Below are positions 40,807 through 53,825 of a stretch of DNA of 64,000 bases, piece after piece. The first letter of the stretch is position 1; each line of letters starts with the position of its first letter. The notes under the pieces were generated by a model, which was not told the DNA's origin, did no database searches, and saw nothing but the letters and a program-made list of their open reading frames with translations. The stretch comes from Eledone cirrhosa (Eukaryota): positions 16,058,001-16,122,000 of the forward strand of contig OZ024760.1 in NCBI GenBank assembly GCA_964016885.1, in the 5' to 3' direction. The position numbers were made by a program, and so were the translations under genes.

Positions 40807-41839
40807 CTGGTATTTCAAACGAGAATATTTAACCCTTTAGTATTTACATTACTCTATATATACTGTTGTGTTTTCATGGTAAAGGCTTTACTTTACATAA
40901 TTATCTCACATAATATCGAATCTATGAGATTTTGATATTATTTATTTTGAGAACAATACCTCAACATCAGTATGAGTGGCCAGCTACAGCTGGTTTGAAC
41001 AAAGAAACGTGAGAGGGTTAACCCTTTGGTATTTAAACCGGCCGTATCTGTCCACAATTCTCTCACCTCTTTCTGTTCAAACTGGTCAATCATACTTATG
41101 TTAAGGTATTCTTCTCAAAATAAATAACATAAAAATCTCATAGATTCGATATTATGTGAGATAAAGTCTTTACCATGAAAATATAATTGTATCGTGACTT
41201 CTGGTGTCACACAGTAATACAGGAGAGCCCCCCCCCCCCACGGGTACAAGCTGAAGCTGAAGCATATAGACAATATGTCCCCCCGCCCCCACTGCAAAGT
41301 GGTTGTGGAGGTGCCACAGCAAAAAAGCACCCAGCCCACACTGTAAAGTGGATGTGTAGGCGCCACGGAATATAAGCACCCAGCACTCACTGTAAATGAG
41401 GCTGGTGTTAGGAAGGGCATCGAGCTGTAGAAATCAAGCCAGAATCAGTTCAAGGTCAGCCAACCGGACAACCCGTCTAACCCATGCTAGCGTGGAAGAA
41501 TGGACGTAAAACGGTGATGATGATGATGATGATAGAGTAATGTAAATACTAACGGGTTAAACCGGCCATATCTGGCCACAATTCTTTCACCTCTTGCTGT
41601 TCAAACTGGCCGTAACCGGCCGCTCATACTGATGTTGAGGTATTGTTCTCAAAATAAATAATATCAAAATCTCATCGATTCAATATTATGTGAGATAGTC
41701 TTTACCATGGAAATATAATTGCATATATAGAGTAATGTAAATACACCACCACCACCACTATCACCCACACCACCACCACCAACACCCACACCACCACTAC
41801 CACCCACACCACCACCACCACCACATATAAGACACTTAC

Positions 41840-41897
41840 TCAGTAAGGTTTGGCTCTGGTGACTCAGAAGGTGTTGGAGGTCCGTAGCTACAGGTCT
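41840..41897 (-). CDS. Double-PHD/SAM protein linker exon
   Basis: ctacag|ETCSYGPPTPSESPEPNLT|GTAAGT; 58 nt restores the frame between neighbouring exons. Confidence 0.82.
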
Positions 41898-42359
41898 CTG
41901 TAGAAATACATTGAGGAAGGACATGTTAGTTCATTGTCAGATTATACACACATATACACACTCCATATATATATATATATACACCACACACATACATACA
42001 CTCCATATATATATACACCACACACATACATACACTCCATATATATATATATACACCACACACATACATACACTCCATATATATATATACACCACACACA
42101 TACATACACTTCATATATATATATATATACACCACACACATACATACACTTCATATATATATATATACACCACACACATACATACATTCCATATATATAT
42201 ATATACACACACACATACACACATACACTCCATATATATATATATATACACACACACACATACACATACTCATATTCCGCATTCCACACACATATAAACA
42301 TACTTCATATACACACACATATTTCACATGCCACTCATACAAACACACACACAACTCAC

Positions 42360-42479
42360 CTTTCTTCATTGGCATGAACTCCTGCGATGAAGTGACCAGT
42401 GAAGCTGTGGTCATCTTGGAATTGTCCTTGGTGTTGTTGATGTCCTCCTGATGGCTACAGACACTACACATCCAGTGAC
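42360..42479 (-). CDS. Double-PHD/SAM protein exon (end of PHD2)
   Basis: ttgcag|GHWMCSVC...MKK|GTGAGT. Confidence 0.88.
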
Positions 42480-43155
42480 CTGCAATAACAGATGCTACAT
42501 ATTTAGTGACCAGTATTGACCATCAGTGACCAGCTATAACAAGTATTAACTACCTGTGGTCAGTAGTGATCAGCTGTGGCTATTATTGACCATCAATGTC
42601 CATCTGTAACCAGTATTAACCATCAATGACCAGTTATAACCAGTATTAACTACCTGTGGTCAGTAGTGACCAGCTGTGGCTATTATTGACCATCAATGTC
42701 CATCTGTAACCAGTATTAACCATGAATGACCAGTTATAACCAGTATTAACTAGCTGTGATATGTAGTGACCAGCTGTAACCAGTATTAACTAGCTGTGAT
42801 CTGTAGTGACCATCTGTAACCAGTTTTAACCAGTTGTGCTAACTTTAGACACAAACATAGCAGTGGAGAAAACAAACATATTTATATGCAAGGAAGAGAA
42901 AGGAAAACGAAAAGAACTGACCGTCAGATCAGACTGAAGACATAATGTTTCCATTGGTCAATCCATTACTGACACTGTCTGCTGGTCACCAGATCAGACC
43001 AAGGAAACAATATTTCCATTGGTCTTTCTATTACTGACACTGTCTGCTGGTTGTAATGCCTGGCAGACGGAGCAACATGAAATATTTACATGCAAAACTG
43101 GACAGTAATATATTCTGAGAGCCATGAAGATCTTTTAAAATATAGGTTAGCTTAC

Positions 43156-43237
43156 CTGTGGGACTTTTATCAAGAGGGGGGTAGAGACAATGCATGTGGA
43201 AGCCTTGATCACAAGAATCACAGATTAACATGGCAGG
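43156..43237 (-). CDS. Double-PHD/SAM protein exon (PHD2)
   Basis: PAMLICDSCDQGFHMHCLYPPLDKSPTG|GTAAGC. Confidence 0.92.
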
Positions 43238-43402
43238 CTGAAATATATATATAGAATAATATACTATACAATATTAGACTGTGTGTGTGTGTGTATGTGT
43301 GTGCATATGTAACACTATATATATATATATATATATATAGAATAATATACTATACAATATTAGACTGTGTGTGTATGTATGTGTGTGCATATGTAACACT
43401 AT

Positions 43403-43742
43403 ATCATCATCATCATCATTTCATTTTATGTCCGCTTTTTCCCTGCTTGCAAGGGTGGGACAGGAACTGATTCTGGCTTGATTTCTACAGCTGGATGCCC
43501 TTCCTAACACCAACCTCATTTACAGTGAGTGCTGGGTGCTTTTTTGCCGTGGCACCTCCACGACCACTTTGCAGTGGAATGATATGGACCCCAGTCCCTA
43601 TCATCTCATTTCTACAGCTGAGTAAACTGGAGCAATGTGAAATAAAGTGTCTTGTTCAAGGAAACAACACATCACCCGGTCTGAGAATTGAACTCACAAT
43701 CTTTCGATTGCAAGGCCAATGCCCTAACCACTGAGCCATGTG
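43403..43742 (-). mobile_element. SINE family 2 (tRNA-like head, RTE-derived tail)
   Basis: Reverse copy of 55585-55915 and 62180-62520. Confidence 0.85.
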
Positions 43743-44197
43743 CATATATATATAGAAGACCTGACTACCATTGTATACAAACCTACAGTCAGTAGGCACC
43801 TCTTCACTCAATGTACACCCCACCGCCACACCCTACCCCACCCTTCCACTCCCGTTCCGTCCACACTGTAAGGTGGCCATGTAGGAGATGCGGAGAAAAG
43901 GCTCCCAGTCCACACTGTAAATGTGGTTGGTGTTAGGAAGGGCGCCCAGCTGTAAAAAAAAAACCTGCCAGAGACGCTTCCGTGCGAGCGAGACACGGTC
44001 TCCCGACCATTCCCGCATCAAATGGAATAAAACCGTCTAACCCATGCTAGCGTGGAAGATGGACGTTAAACGATGATGATGATGATGATGATGATACATA
44101 GGGAACGGGACCAAGGCTTCAAAAATATCATCTTTGTCCATTCCTTTGTTTTTTTAGTTTGGATTGCCCTGAGAACGTAACCTTATTATGTAATGAA

Positions 44198-44271
44198 GCT
44201 GTCTGATGAGATGATGGCACTGGTTGCATGGAATCGTGTGGCACTGTCGTCATTGAAATATATATCACAGC
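44198..44271 (+). ncRNA. Type I hammerhead ribozyme motif (intact core)
   Basis: Helix I gctgt/acagc, CTGATGA, 10-bp helix II gatgatggca/tgtcgtcatt, GAA-ATATATAT-C (palindromic helix III, AUC site at 44266), AATAAA at 44278. Confidence 0.82.
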
Positions 44272-44421
44272 CTTATCAATAAAGGACTTTAACAGCTGCA
44301 ACTACTTCACATTTTCTTATTATATATATATGAAGTATTTCCGTCAGAAAGGTACAGGAAAAAAGAGTGCTCTATGTAGGCTACAGAGCTTATTAGTTAT
44401 GTAATAAACAACATAAGATAA

Positions 44422-44489
44422 TTATTTCATTTACCAGTGGTTTCTTGAAGACAGATGTTGTGTCTGTCTTCAGTCGTCAGCATGACTAA
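44422..44489 (-). ncRNA. Type I hammerhead ribozyme motif (degenerate)
   Basis: CTGACGA-c-TGAAGACAGA-loop-TCTGTCTTCA-a-GAAACCA-c-TGGTA; mismatches at the base of helices I and II; downstream tail repeated at 62520-62615. Confidence 0.65.
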
Positions 44490-44723
44490 AAAGCATCATG
44501 TTTTTTATTCTTGCTTCAAGTGGGACAACTCCCGTCTAACCCATGCTAGCGTGGAAGATAGACATTAAACGATGATGATGACGATATATATATATATATA
44601 TATATGGAATAATACAATATTATATTAGACCATCCCCACCCTACCCCTGACTCTACATGTGGGATCTGATTTTTCTGTTTACAAAAAATTAAAATAGAAA
44701 AAAAAAAAACTTTTAAAACTCAC

Positions 44724-44836
44724 AGCATTTCCAGAGTCTTTACATATAGCACACACCTTACAGGTATGGCATTGCCATGGTGACTGATGAGCACGTAGTG
44801 CAAGTTCTGGGGTGTAGTTCATACAGGATGGGTGAG
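44724..44836 (-). CDS. Double-PHD/SAM protein exon (PHD1 end/PHD2 start)
   Basis: AHPSCMNYTPELALRAHQSPWQCHTCKVCAICKDSGNA|GTGAGT; DPF-type spacing. Confidence 0.92.
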
Positions 44837-44925
44837 CTGTAGGAGAGAAAAACAATGAGGTATAGTTATGTAACCCATACTAGCATGGGAAAATGGACGT
44901 TGAACAGTGATAATGATGATGATGA

Positions 44926-44953
<28 letters not shown>

Positions 44954-44959
<6 letters not shown>

Positions 44960-45781
44960 TATGAAGAGAGAAGAAACATTTAGATATAATTAGTAATAAA
45001 ATGTATCATACCTAAACTGTTCCTAAATTCCTCGACTACGTGGTTCAGTCTGGTTCAAACTGAATTGGTCTGTCCCAGTCATTCATTGAGCAACATCGGT
45101 GAAGTTGGCACCCTTAACTCACAGTTGGGTGCGGATGCATTCATGTATATATGTGTGTGTCCGCATGTATCTGTGTGTTTCTAAATATATTAATAACTCC
45201 CTCTGGTCGAGCAATCTTTGAAGTGTGGGGACAACTGGATAGCTTCCATTACTCATACTTCTCGCCTTCTTCACTACCTCTTCTACGGCCTCGATATGAA
45301 TACCCCCTCCGCCTCCGTGGTATTTTCTTCGTGGTTATAAGAGGCTTAGCTCTGTTTCTCGACCGTTATATCGCGTGACTATCTCCCCCTCCGCCTTTTG
45401 GGATTCTTTCTCACGTTGTGGAGACGCGTTCTTGAGACTAGTAAAATGAGGTATCCTCTTGATAAGTCGGCAGACCTCGCAAGGACTATATCTTTATGAT
45501 ATATTGTTTTTGTTTATGCCACGAAACTACGTAGTCGAGGAATTTAGGAACAGTTTAGGTATGATACATTTTATTACTAATTATATCTAAATGTTTCTTC
45601 TCTCTTCATAATGTATTTTTAACTCTGATACTGGTTCAGTCTGGTTCAAACTGAATTGGTCTGTCCCAGTCATTCATTGAGCAACATCGGTGAAGTTGGC
45701 ACCCTTAACTCACAGTTGGGTGCGGATGCATTCATGTATATATGTGTGTGTCCGCATGTATCTGTGTGTTTCTAAATATAT
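44954..45781 (+). mobile_element. Penelope-like terminal-repeat composite with degenerate hammerhead
   Basis: Inverted 44954-45041/45529-45616, direct 45041-45190/45632-45781; tcctc-TTGATAA-gtcggca...tgccac-GAAAC-TACGTA-GTC-gagga (45454-45541). Confidence 0.65.
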
Positions 45782-46209
45782 ATATATATATATGTATATA
45801 TACGTAGGTCCCGGGTTGAGTCGGGGATAACCACAGTAAGTAAGGTACTCAATACATGGCAGAGTAAAAAATTTTTATTTTATAGAAGGAGCTTCTACAG
45901 GACTAGTACTGTTTCATTCAGATGAAATCTTCAGGAACAGTTCCTGAAGATTTCATCTGAATGAAACAGTACTAGTCCTGTAGAAGCTCCTTCTATAAAA
46001 TAAAAATATATGTATATATATATATATATAAAACAAAGAAAGTGTAATAAGGAACCAGGTGGACCATAACACACCAGAGTACTCAATACTTAGGGTAGTA
46101 GAGCTCCGGCCATTTCGACAGCTGGATCTAGCTGTCAAAACGGCTGGAGCTCAGCCGTCGGGGTCCTGACTATTTTCCTATATATATATAAATAGGAAAT
46201 ACTTTAATT

Positions 46210-46306
<97 letters not shown>

Positions 46307-46534
46307 GTAGTGTAGTGTAGTGTGTAGTTCATACAGTAGAGGTGGGTTGTAGGAGAGAAAACTGAGGTATAGCTTCATATGTATATATGTATATATATAT
46401 ATATGTACTCAAATAGCATATTGAAGAAGTCGGAGGCCATATTGAAATAAATAGTAATTTTTATTCATTACAATATGGCCCCCGACTTCTACAATATGCT
46501 ATTTGAGTTTAATATGATTTGCCTTATATATATA

Positions 46535-46875
46535 TGAACAACCAAGCATGGATGAGTTGAGAGAGAAACTGTGTGTAAGAGGGATAAGTTGTGGTGTGCA
46601 GGGGAGAAGGCTGAGATGGCATGGACATGTGATGCGCATGGAGGATGACTGCTGGGTAAAGAAGTGCCAAGAAATCCCAGTAGAAAGAAGACGCAGTAGA
46701 GGAAGAGCATGAAAAACATGGCCGGGGGGTGGTGAGGGCAGACCTCAGATCGCTGAAGCTCACGGTGGAGATGACGAAGGACCGTGACAAGTGGAGAGAT
46801 GCTGTGTTGAAAAGGACCCGTCCCACCCTTGCAAGCAGGGAAAAGCGGACGTAAAATGATGATGATGATGATGAT
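46535..46875 (+). mobile_element. RTE LINE 3' end
   Basis: LRWHGHVMRMEDDCWVKKC; tail cggacgtaaaa(tga)n; similar to 60650-61172. Confidence 0.88.
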
Positions 46876-47159
46876 ATATGTATTATGGCATAGTGTAATA
46901 TATAGTATAGTGTAATATATAGTATAGTGTGGTGTAGTGTGGAGTTGACACAGTGAAGTGGGTTACAATAGATGAAACAGTGATTTATATATATATAATA
47001 TATATAGTATATAGTATAGGATATAGTACAGTATGGTGTGATATTGTGTGGTGTCAACATGAAGGTTACACGACAACATGAACAACAGCAACACTGTGAG
47101 TGAAGGGTGAGAAAGATAGATAGAGTGTGCGTGAAGTCTGAGTGAGAGTGCAAGTCTGA

Positions 47160-47797
47160 GGATGAGTGAGGGTGAGTGTGAAGTCTGACCTTTGGTGTTG
47201 CAGTCTTTACAGCAAAGAAGCTGTTCGTGGTGTTGGTTGGTGGCAGGGAATGGGAGTGTGAGTGTGAGTGAGGGTGTGTGAGTGAAGTCTGACCTTTGGT
47301 GTTGCAGTCTTTACAGCAAAGAAGCTGTTCGTGGTGTTGGTTGGTGGCAGGGAGTGGGAGTGTAAGTGTAAGTGTGAGTGTGAGTGAGGGTGTGTGAGTG
47401 AAGTTTGACCTTTGGTGTTGCAGTCTTTACAGCAAAGAAGCTGTTCGTGGTGTTGGTTGGTGGCAGGGAGTGTGAGTGTGAGTGTGAGTGAGGGTGTGTG
47501 ATTGTGAGCGAAGTCTGACCTTTGGAGTTGCAGTCTTTACAGCAAAGAAGCTGTTCGTGGTGTTGGTTGGTGGCAGGGAGTGTGAGTGTAAGTGTGAGTG
47601 TGAGTGAGGGTGTGTGAGTGAAATCTGACCTTTGGTGTTGCAGTCTTTACAGCAAAGAAGCTGTTCGTGGTGTTGGTTGGTGGCAGGGAGTGTGAGTGTA
47701 AGTGTGAGTGTGAGTGAGGGTGTGTGAGTGAAATCTGACCTTTGGTGTTGCAGTCTTTACAGCAAAGAAGCTGTTCGTGGTGTTGGTTGGTGGCAGG
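47160..47797. repeat. About 110-bp tandem duplication of an exon 3' end plus splice donor, 6 copies
   Basis: Repeated ctgacctttggtgttgcagtctttacagcaaagaagctgttcgtggtgttggttggtggcagg. Confidence 0.93.
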
Positions 47798-47884
47798 ACG
47801 TAGGCAGAAATCACATTGGTTGATGCCATGAATGGCGACAGGAAGTTCAGCTTGGAAGTCAGGGCCATGACTCTTGAGAAATTT
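47740..47884 (-). CDS. Double-PHD/SAM protein exon (PHD1 start)
   Basis: ttttag|KFLKSHG...NQCDFCLRPATNQHHEQLLCCKDCNTK|GTCAGA; splices in frame to AHPSC. Confidence 0.88.
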
Positions 47885-48879
47885 CTAAAAAGATAAGACA
47901 GCATAATATAGTGAGTCACTGTAGAGAGATTGGAGGTGGACAGAGAGAAGAGGGGAGGGAGGGTGTAGGAGAGGATAGCAAAGTACTGAAGGATGGAGGG
48001 TGTAGGAGAGGATAGCAAAATACTGACAGCGGGAGGGGTGTTGTGAGGTGGTGTTTGAGAGTATAGCAGAGTACTAACGGAGTGTAGCCCTATGAAATTA
48101 CGGGTATATATATATATATATGAGAGTAGTGAAGTTTGCTTGAAGCATTGTGGAATAATAAGGTAAATTTCTTTAAGTCGTTTGGAAGCCTCGACAATGC
48201 AAATGGGTAAATCTCCGGGTAACAAGATCCGGTGGTGGAGAGAGAGATGTAAGTAGGTGTACGTTGAGATGCGTGGCGTGTATAAGACGTGTAGAGGAAT
48301 GAAGGAAAGAGCGTAAAGGATAAAAATAAAAATAACAACATGAGAGATATGCCCCCTGCTGGAACACCCCTGCACAGCATTGGACTTGGCAGAGTTTAAT
48401 GTGTTCAGCTGTGTGGTAGAACCACATCTAGCCAAGCCCTGTAACTGACACTCTTGCGGACATAAAAAGAAGATTAGGAAGGGTATCCAGCTGTAGAAAC
48501 CAAGCCACGATCATCTAACCTGGCTTGTCTGACGAGGGGACAGCTTCTCTAACCCATGCTAGCATGGAAAATGGACGTTAAATGGTGGCGATGATTATAT
48601 ATATATATGAAAATGTTTAACCCCGACGGCAGAGCTCAAGCCGTTTTGAAATAACCGTCGAAACGGCTTGAGCTCTGCAGTTGGGGTTAAACATTTTCAT
48701 ATTACCCACTCTACTACGCTAAGTATTGAGTACTCTGGTGCGTTATGGTCCATCTGGTTCCTTACCACACTTCCTTCGTTATATATATATATATATATAT
48801 AGTATATATCAATTGTCAAGTCAAGAGTACTCAAACTATACGGTCATATAAAAAGATCAACTTGTGGTGTGAGTAGGTT

Positions 48880-49275
48880 ATGCCAGGAAGGAAGGTTGGC
48901 TGGTAAGAGAAGCAGAGGCCGGCAGCCAAAACGATGGCTTGATAATGTCAACCTATGGACTGGACTTGATCTTTGCTCTTTAAACTCTATTGTTGGTGAT
49001 CGAAAGGTATTATATATTCCTGGAAGGAAGGCTGGCGGGTAAGAGAAGCAGAGGCTGGCAGCCAAAACGATGGCTTGACAATGTCAACTTTTGGACTGGA
49101 CTGGACTTGATCTTTGAACTCTGTTGTTGGTGATCGAAAGGTATTATATATTCCTGGAAGGAAGGTTGGCTGGTAAGAGAAGCAGAGGCCAGCAGCCAAA
49201 ATGATGGTTGATAATATCAACCTATAGACTGGACTTGATCTTTGCTCTTTAAACTCTGCTGTTGGTGATCAAACT
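48880..49275 (+). mobile_element. RTE 3'-ORF fragment, about three tandem copies of 135 bp
   Basis: EGRLAGKRSRGRQPKRWLDNVNLWTGL. Confidence 0.7.
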
Positions 49276-50382
49276 TTGTGGAGAAAAACATCTCATGTTG
49301 ATGCGCAGTCTGCAAACTGGCGGAGTTTACCGTTAAAAAAATATATATAGTGTATAGCATGCAAATATACAGATGTGCCATGCCCATAGCTATCACTTGG
49401 AAAACAGGCATAAAATGATGATATATCATATATTTTATACAACATACATGCATACATACATGCACATACAGTCCCAACAACAGAGAAACATACATATATA
49501 CATGCATTCAGTTATACACACCTACGGTACATGAAGATGAGCTTGATGATGGTGATTATGAAGATGATTGTAATGATGATGATGATGATGGTGTAAAATC
49601 CACACTGAAAATAACAAAAAAAATCAATGTAGAGGTCAGAGACATTGGAGTGGTATATGGAGTGGTATATGGAGTGGTGTGTGTGTGTGGAGTGGTGTGT
49701 GTGGAGTGGTATATCGAGTGGTGTGTGTGTGGAGTGGTATATGGAGTGGTATGTGTGTGGAGTGGTATATGGAGTGGTGTGTGTGTGGAGTGGTATATGG
49801 AGTGGTGTGTGTGTGGAGTGGTATATGGAATGGTGTGTGTGGAGTGGTATATGGAGTGGTGTGTATATACTTAGTATTTTAATTAACTACTGAAAAATTT
49901 GGGAAGGATTTACAATAATTATTATATTAACCCTTTCCTGACTGTATTTCTAATGAAATACACTCTATTTTAATTAATTAATGAAGAATTTAGAGGGATT
50001 TACGAAAATTATTTTATTATTTCATTATTAGGCAGTATCGGTAGAGGGTCGGACACCATGGCTTTGACACATAGAGTTATGGCCCTTACCATTCTGAGTT
50101 CAAATGCCGTCGAGGTTAACTTTGCCTTTCATCCTTACGGGGTCGATTAAATAAAGTACCAGTAATGCACTGGGTATTTGCTGGCCTTGTGCCAAAAGTA
50201 GAAACGATTATTAAGATGGTAACTTAATGTAGGGTTCTTATGTAAAATTATGTTGGAAGATTTTAATTTGAATTGGAAACGTTTAAAATGGAGTGGATTC
50301 ATTTCATAGAACCAGAACTGGTTTTGGCTGGAACATAACAAAATATAGTTATATTGGAAGGTTTTGAAGTAGGAAATCTTTA

Positions 50383-51253
50383 AAATGGGGGGGATTTATT
50401 TCATAGAATAGGAGCCGGTTTTGGCTGGGTTGGGAACTAAAGGGTTAAAATGGGGTGGATTTATTTCATAGAATAGGAGCCGGTTTTGGCTGGGTTGGGA
50501 ACTAAAGGGTTAAAATGGGGGGGATTTATTTCATAGAATAGGAGCCGGTTTTGGCTGGGTTGGGAACTAAAGGGTTAAAATGGGGTGGATTTATTTCATA
50601 GAATAGGAGCCGGTTTTGGCTGGGTTGGGAACTAAAGGGTTAAAATGGGGTGGATTTATTTCATAGAATAGGAGCCGGTTTTGGCTGGGTTGGGAACTAA
50701 AGGGTTAAAATGGGGTGGATTTATTTCATAGAATAGGAGCCGGTTTTGGCTGGGTTGGGAACTAAAGGGTTAAAATGGGGGGGATTTATTTCATAGAATA
50801 GGAGCCGGTTTGGGCTGGGTTGGGAACTAAAGGGTTAAAATGGGGTGGATTTATTTCATAGAATAGGAGCCGGTTTTGGCTGGGTTGGGAACTAAAGGGT
50901 TAAAATGGGGGGGATTTATTTCATAGAATAGGAGCCGGTTTTGGCTGGGTTGGGAACTAAAGGGTTAAAATGGGGGGGATTTATTTCATAGAATAGGAGC
51001 CGGTTTTGGCTGGGTTGGGAACTAAAGGGTTAAAATGGGGGGGATTTATTTCATAGAATAGGAGCCGGTTTTGGCTGGGTTGGGAACTAAAGGGTTAAAA
51101 TGGGGGGGATTTATTTCATAGAATAGGAGCCGGTTTTGGCTGGGTTGGGAACTAAAGGGTTAAAATGGGGGGGATTTATTTCATAGAATAGGAGCCGGTT
51201 TTGGCTGGGTTGGGAACTAAAGGGTTAAAATGGGGGGGATTTATTTCATAGAA
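50383..51253. repeat. 65-bp tandem repeat, about 13 copies
   Basis: tcatagaata recurs at 50401, 50466, 50531 etc.; unit contains AAAGGG-TTAA. Confidence 0.96.
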
Positions 51254-52308
51254 CTAGGAAGCGGTGCATGCTGTGTCCTTGAACAAGACACTTCATTTTA
51301 AGTTGTTCCTGTCTGTAAAGACACCACCGCCGCCATCAACCACCACTACCACCTTCACCCCTACCACCACCACCACCACCACTAGCCCTAGCACCACCAC
51401 CTTCACCCCTACCACCACCACCTCTCCATTCAATGGTGGCCACTTCAGGTTTTGACAAGTTTGAAATCGAAGATGTTCAATAGCAACAATAAACAATACG
51501 GGAAGGGGGGTGGGGGGAGATCGATATGTGACAGTTATTAAGTTTAGTTAAACAGACATTAGCTGGAAATAACTTCTGACTTGTGATGGTGGTGGGGGGA
51601 GGGGATAGTGGTGGGGGTGTAGTGGTGGTGATGGTGGGGTGGTAGTGGTGGTGGTGATGGTGGGGTGGTAGTGGTGGTGGTGATGGTGGGGGTGTAGTGG
51701 TGGTGATGGTGGGGTGGGGGTGGTGATGGTGGGGGTGTAGTGGTGGTGATGGTGGGGTGGTAATGGTGATGGTGGGGGTGTAGTGGTGGTGATGATGGTG
51801 GGGGTGTAGTGGTGGTGGTGGTGGGGTGGTGGTGGTGGGGGGATAATGGTAGTGTGGGCGAACAGTGGTATGGGTGGTGGTGGTGTGGTTGTGTTGTGAG
51901 ATGTTGGTGTTGTGTATGGTGGTTGTGGTGTAGTGTGGTGGTGGTGGGGTGGTAGTGGGGTGGTAGTGGTGATGGTGGGCGTGGGGTGGTAGTGGTGGTG
52001 GGGTGGTGGTAGTGGTGGTGGGAAAAGTAAATGGAATAACTAGTGTGGTGGTTTTGGGGGCAATGGGGAGGAGGGGAAGAGGAATGGAATAACAACTGGG
52101 GTGGCAAGGAGAAGAGACAACCACCTGCCCACTCAAGGTTGGTGATCTCCATGTTAAATACACCCAGTACACTCTGTAAAGTGTTTGGTGATAAGAAGGG
52201 CATCCAACCATCAAAAAACCCTGCCAAACCAAGTGTTGGGGGGACCCTTCAGTTGTGTCAAAGACATGACAACCTCTGTGTTAAATACACCCAGTACACT
52301 CTGTAAAG

Positions 52309-52834
52309 CAGGCATGTCAAACATGTGGCCCTTGGGCTGCATGTGGCCCTTTACAAGCACACCTGGGGCCTGCTCAAAGGTCTTTACAGTGCAAGCATGT
52401 TTCTCTTTGTAAAATTAGTTGACATGTGTGGCCCTCAGACAACACATGTGTGTCCCATGTGGCCCTCAGACAACACATGTGTATCCCATGTGGCCCTCAG
52501 ACAACACATATGTGTCCCATGTGGCCCTCAGACAACACATGTGTGTCCCATGTGGCCCTCAGACAACACATATGTGTCCCATGTGGCCCTCAGACAACAC
52601 ATGTGTGTCCCATGTGGCCCTCAGACAACACATATGTGTCCCATGTGGCCCTCAGACAACACATATGTGTCCCATGTGGCCCTCAGACAACACATGTGTA
52701 TCCCATGTGGCCCTCAGACAACACATATGTATCCCATGTGGCCCTCAGACAACACATGTGTGTCCCATGTTGCCCTCAGACAACACATATGTGTCCCATG
52801 TGGCCCTTGAGGCACCCTCAGTTTGACATGCCTG
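52309..52834. mobile_element. hAT MITE with internal 31-bp array (about 12 copies)
   Basis: 14-bp TIR CAGGCATGTCAAAC/GTTTGACATGCCTG; 8-bp TSD CTGTAAAG. Confidence 0.92.
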
Positions 52835-53272
52835 CTGTAAAGTGTTTGGTGATAAGAAGGGTATCCAACCATCAACCCCCCCCCCTCCGTCAGTTGTGTC
52901 AAAGACATGTCAACTTCCCTAGTGTTGACAATCTCCATAGTTAACGCACCTAGTACACTCTGTAAAAAATGCCAGCCATATAAAGAACCAAGAGAAATTT
53001 CAGCTGTGTCAAAGACGAGAGCCCCTCCCCACCACCAGGGCCCTGCAGTGGTGCCATGGTAAAATGCACTCAATACACTCTCTAGAGTGCAGTAACACAA
53101 ATAAATGTGATGCCCTCACCACCACTACCACCTCCAGCACCACCTCCAGCACCACCGCTACCGCTACCACCACTACCACCACCTCCACCACATGTGAGAG
53201 ATCAGTAGCTATGAATAAACACTGGCTTGGGTTCGACATGACCTGTCCAATCCATGATAGCAAGGAAAACAG

Positions 53273-53825
53273 ACTACTACTACTACTACTACCACCACTA
53301 TTATTGCTACTACCATCATCACCACCACCACTACAACTACCACTGCCACCACTACTACAACTAGTACCACCACCACTACTACTATTACCACCACCACCAC
53401 CACAACTACCACCACCACTACCACCACCACCGCCACCACAACCACCACTACTACTACTATCACCACCACTACAACTACCACCACCACCACTACAACTACC
53501 ACCACCACCACCACCACCACTACCACCACCACTACAACTACCACCACCACCACCACCACCACCACCACTACAACTACCACCACCACCACCACCACCACTA
53601 CCACCACCACCACTACTACCACCACCACCACCACTACAACTACCACCACCACCACCACTACTACTACTATCACCACCACTACAACTACCACCACTACAAC
53701 TACCACCACCACCACCACTACCACCACCACTACAACTACTACCACCACCACCACCACTACAACTACCACCACCACCACCACCACCACCACCACCACCACT
53801 ACAACTACCACCACTACTACTACTA
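53273..53825. repeat. (ACC/ACT)n trinucleotide repeat
   Basis: Directly visible; a similar (GGT)n tract is at 51585-52020. Confidence 0.95.

Noticed and set aside
44785-44805. CTGATGA-GCAC-gta-GTGC hammerhead-like start
   Set aside because: No GAAA follows; it is the antisense of a PHD coding exon.
50383-51253. Telomere-like G-rich repeat
   Set aside because: 65-bp unit, not (TTAGGG)n.
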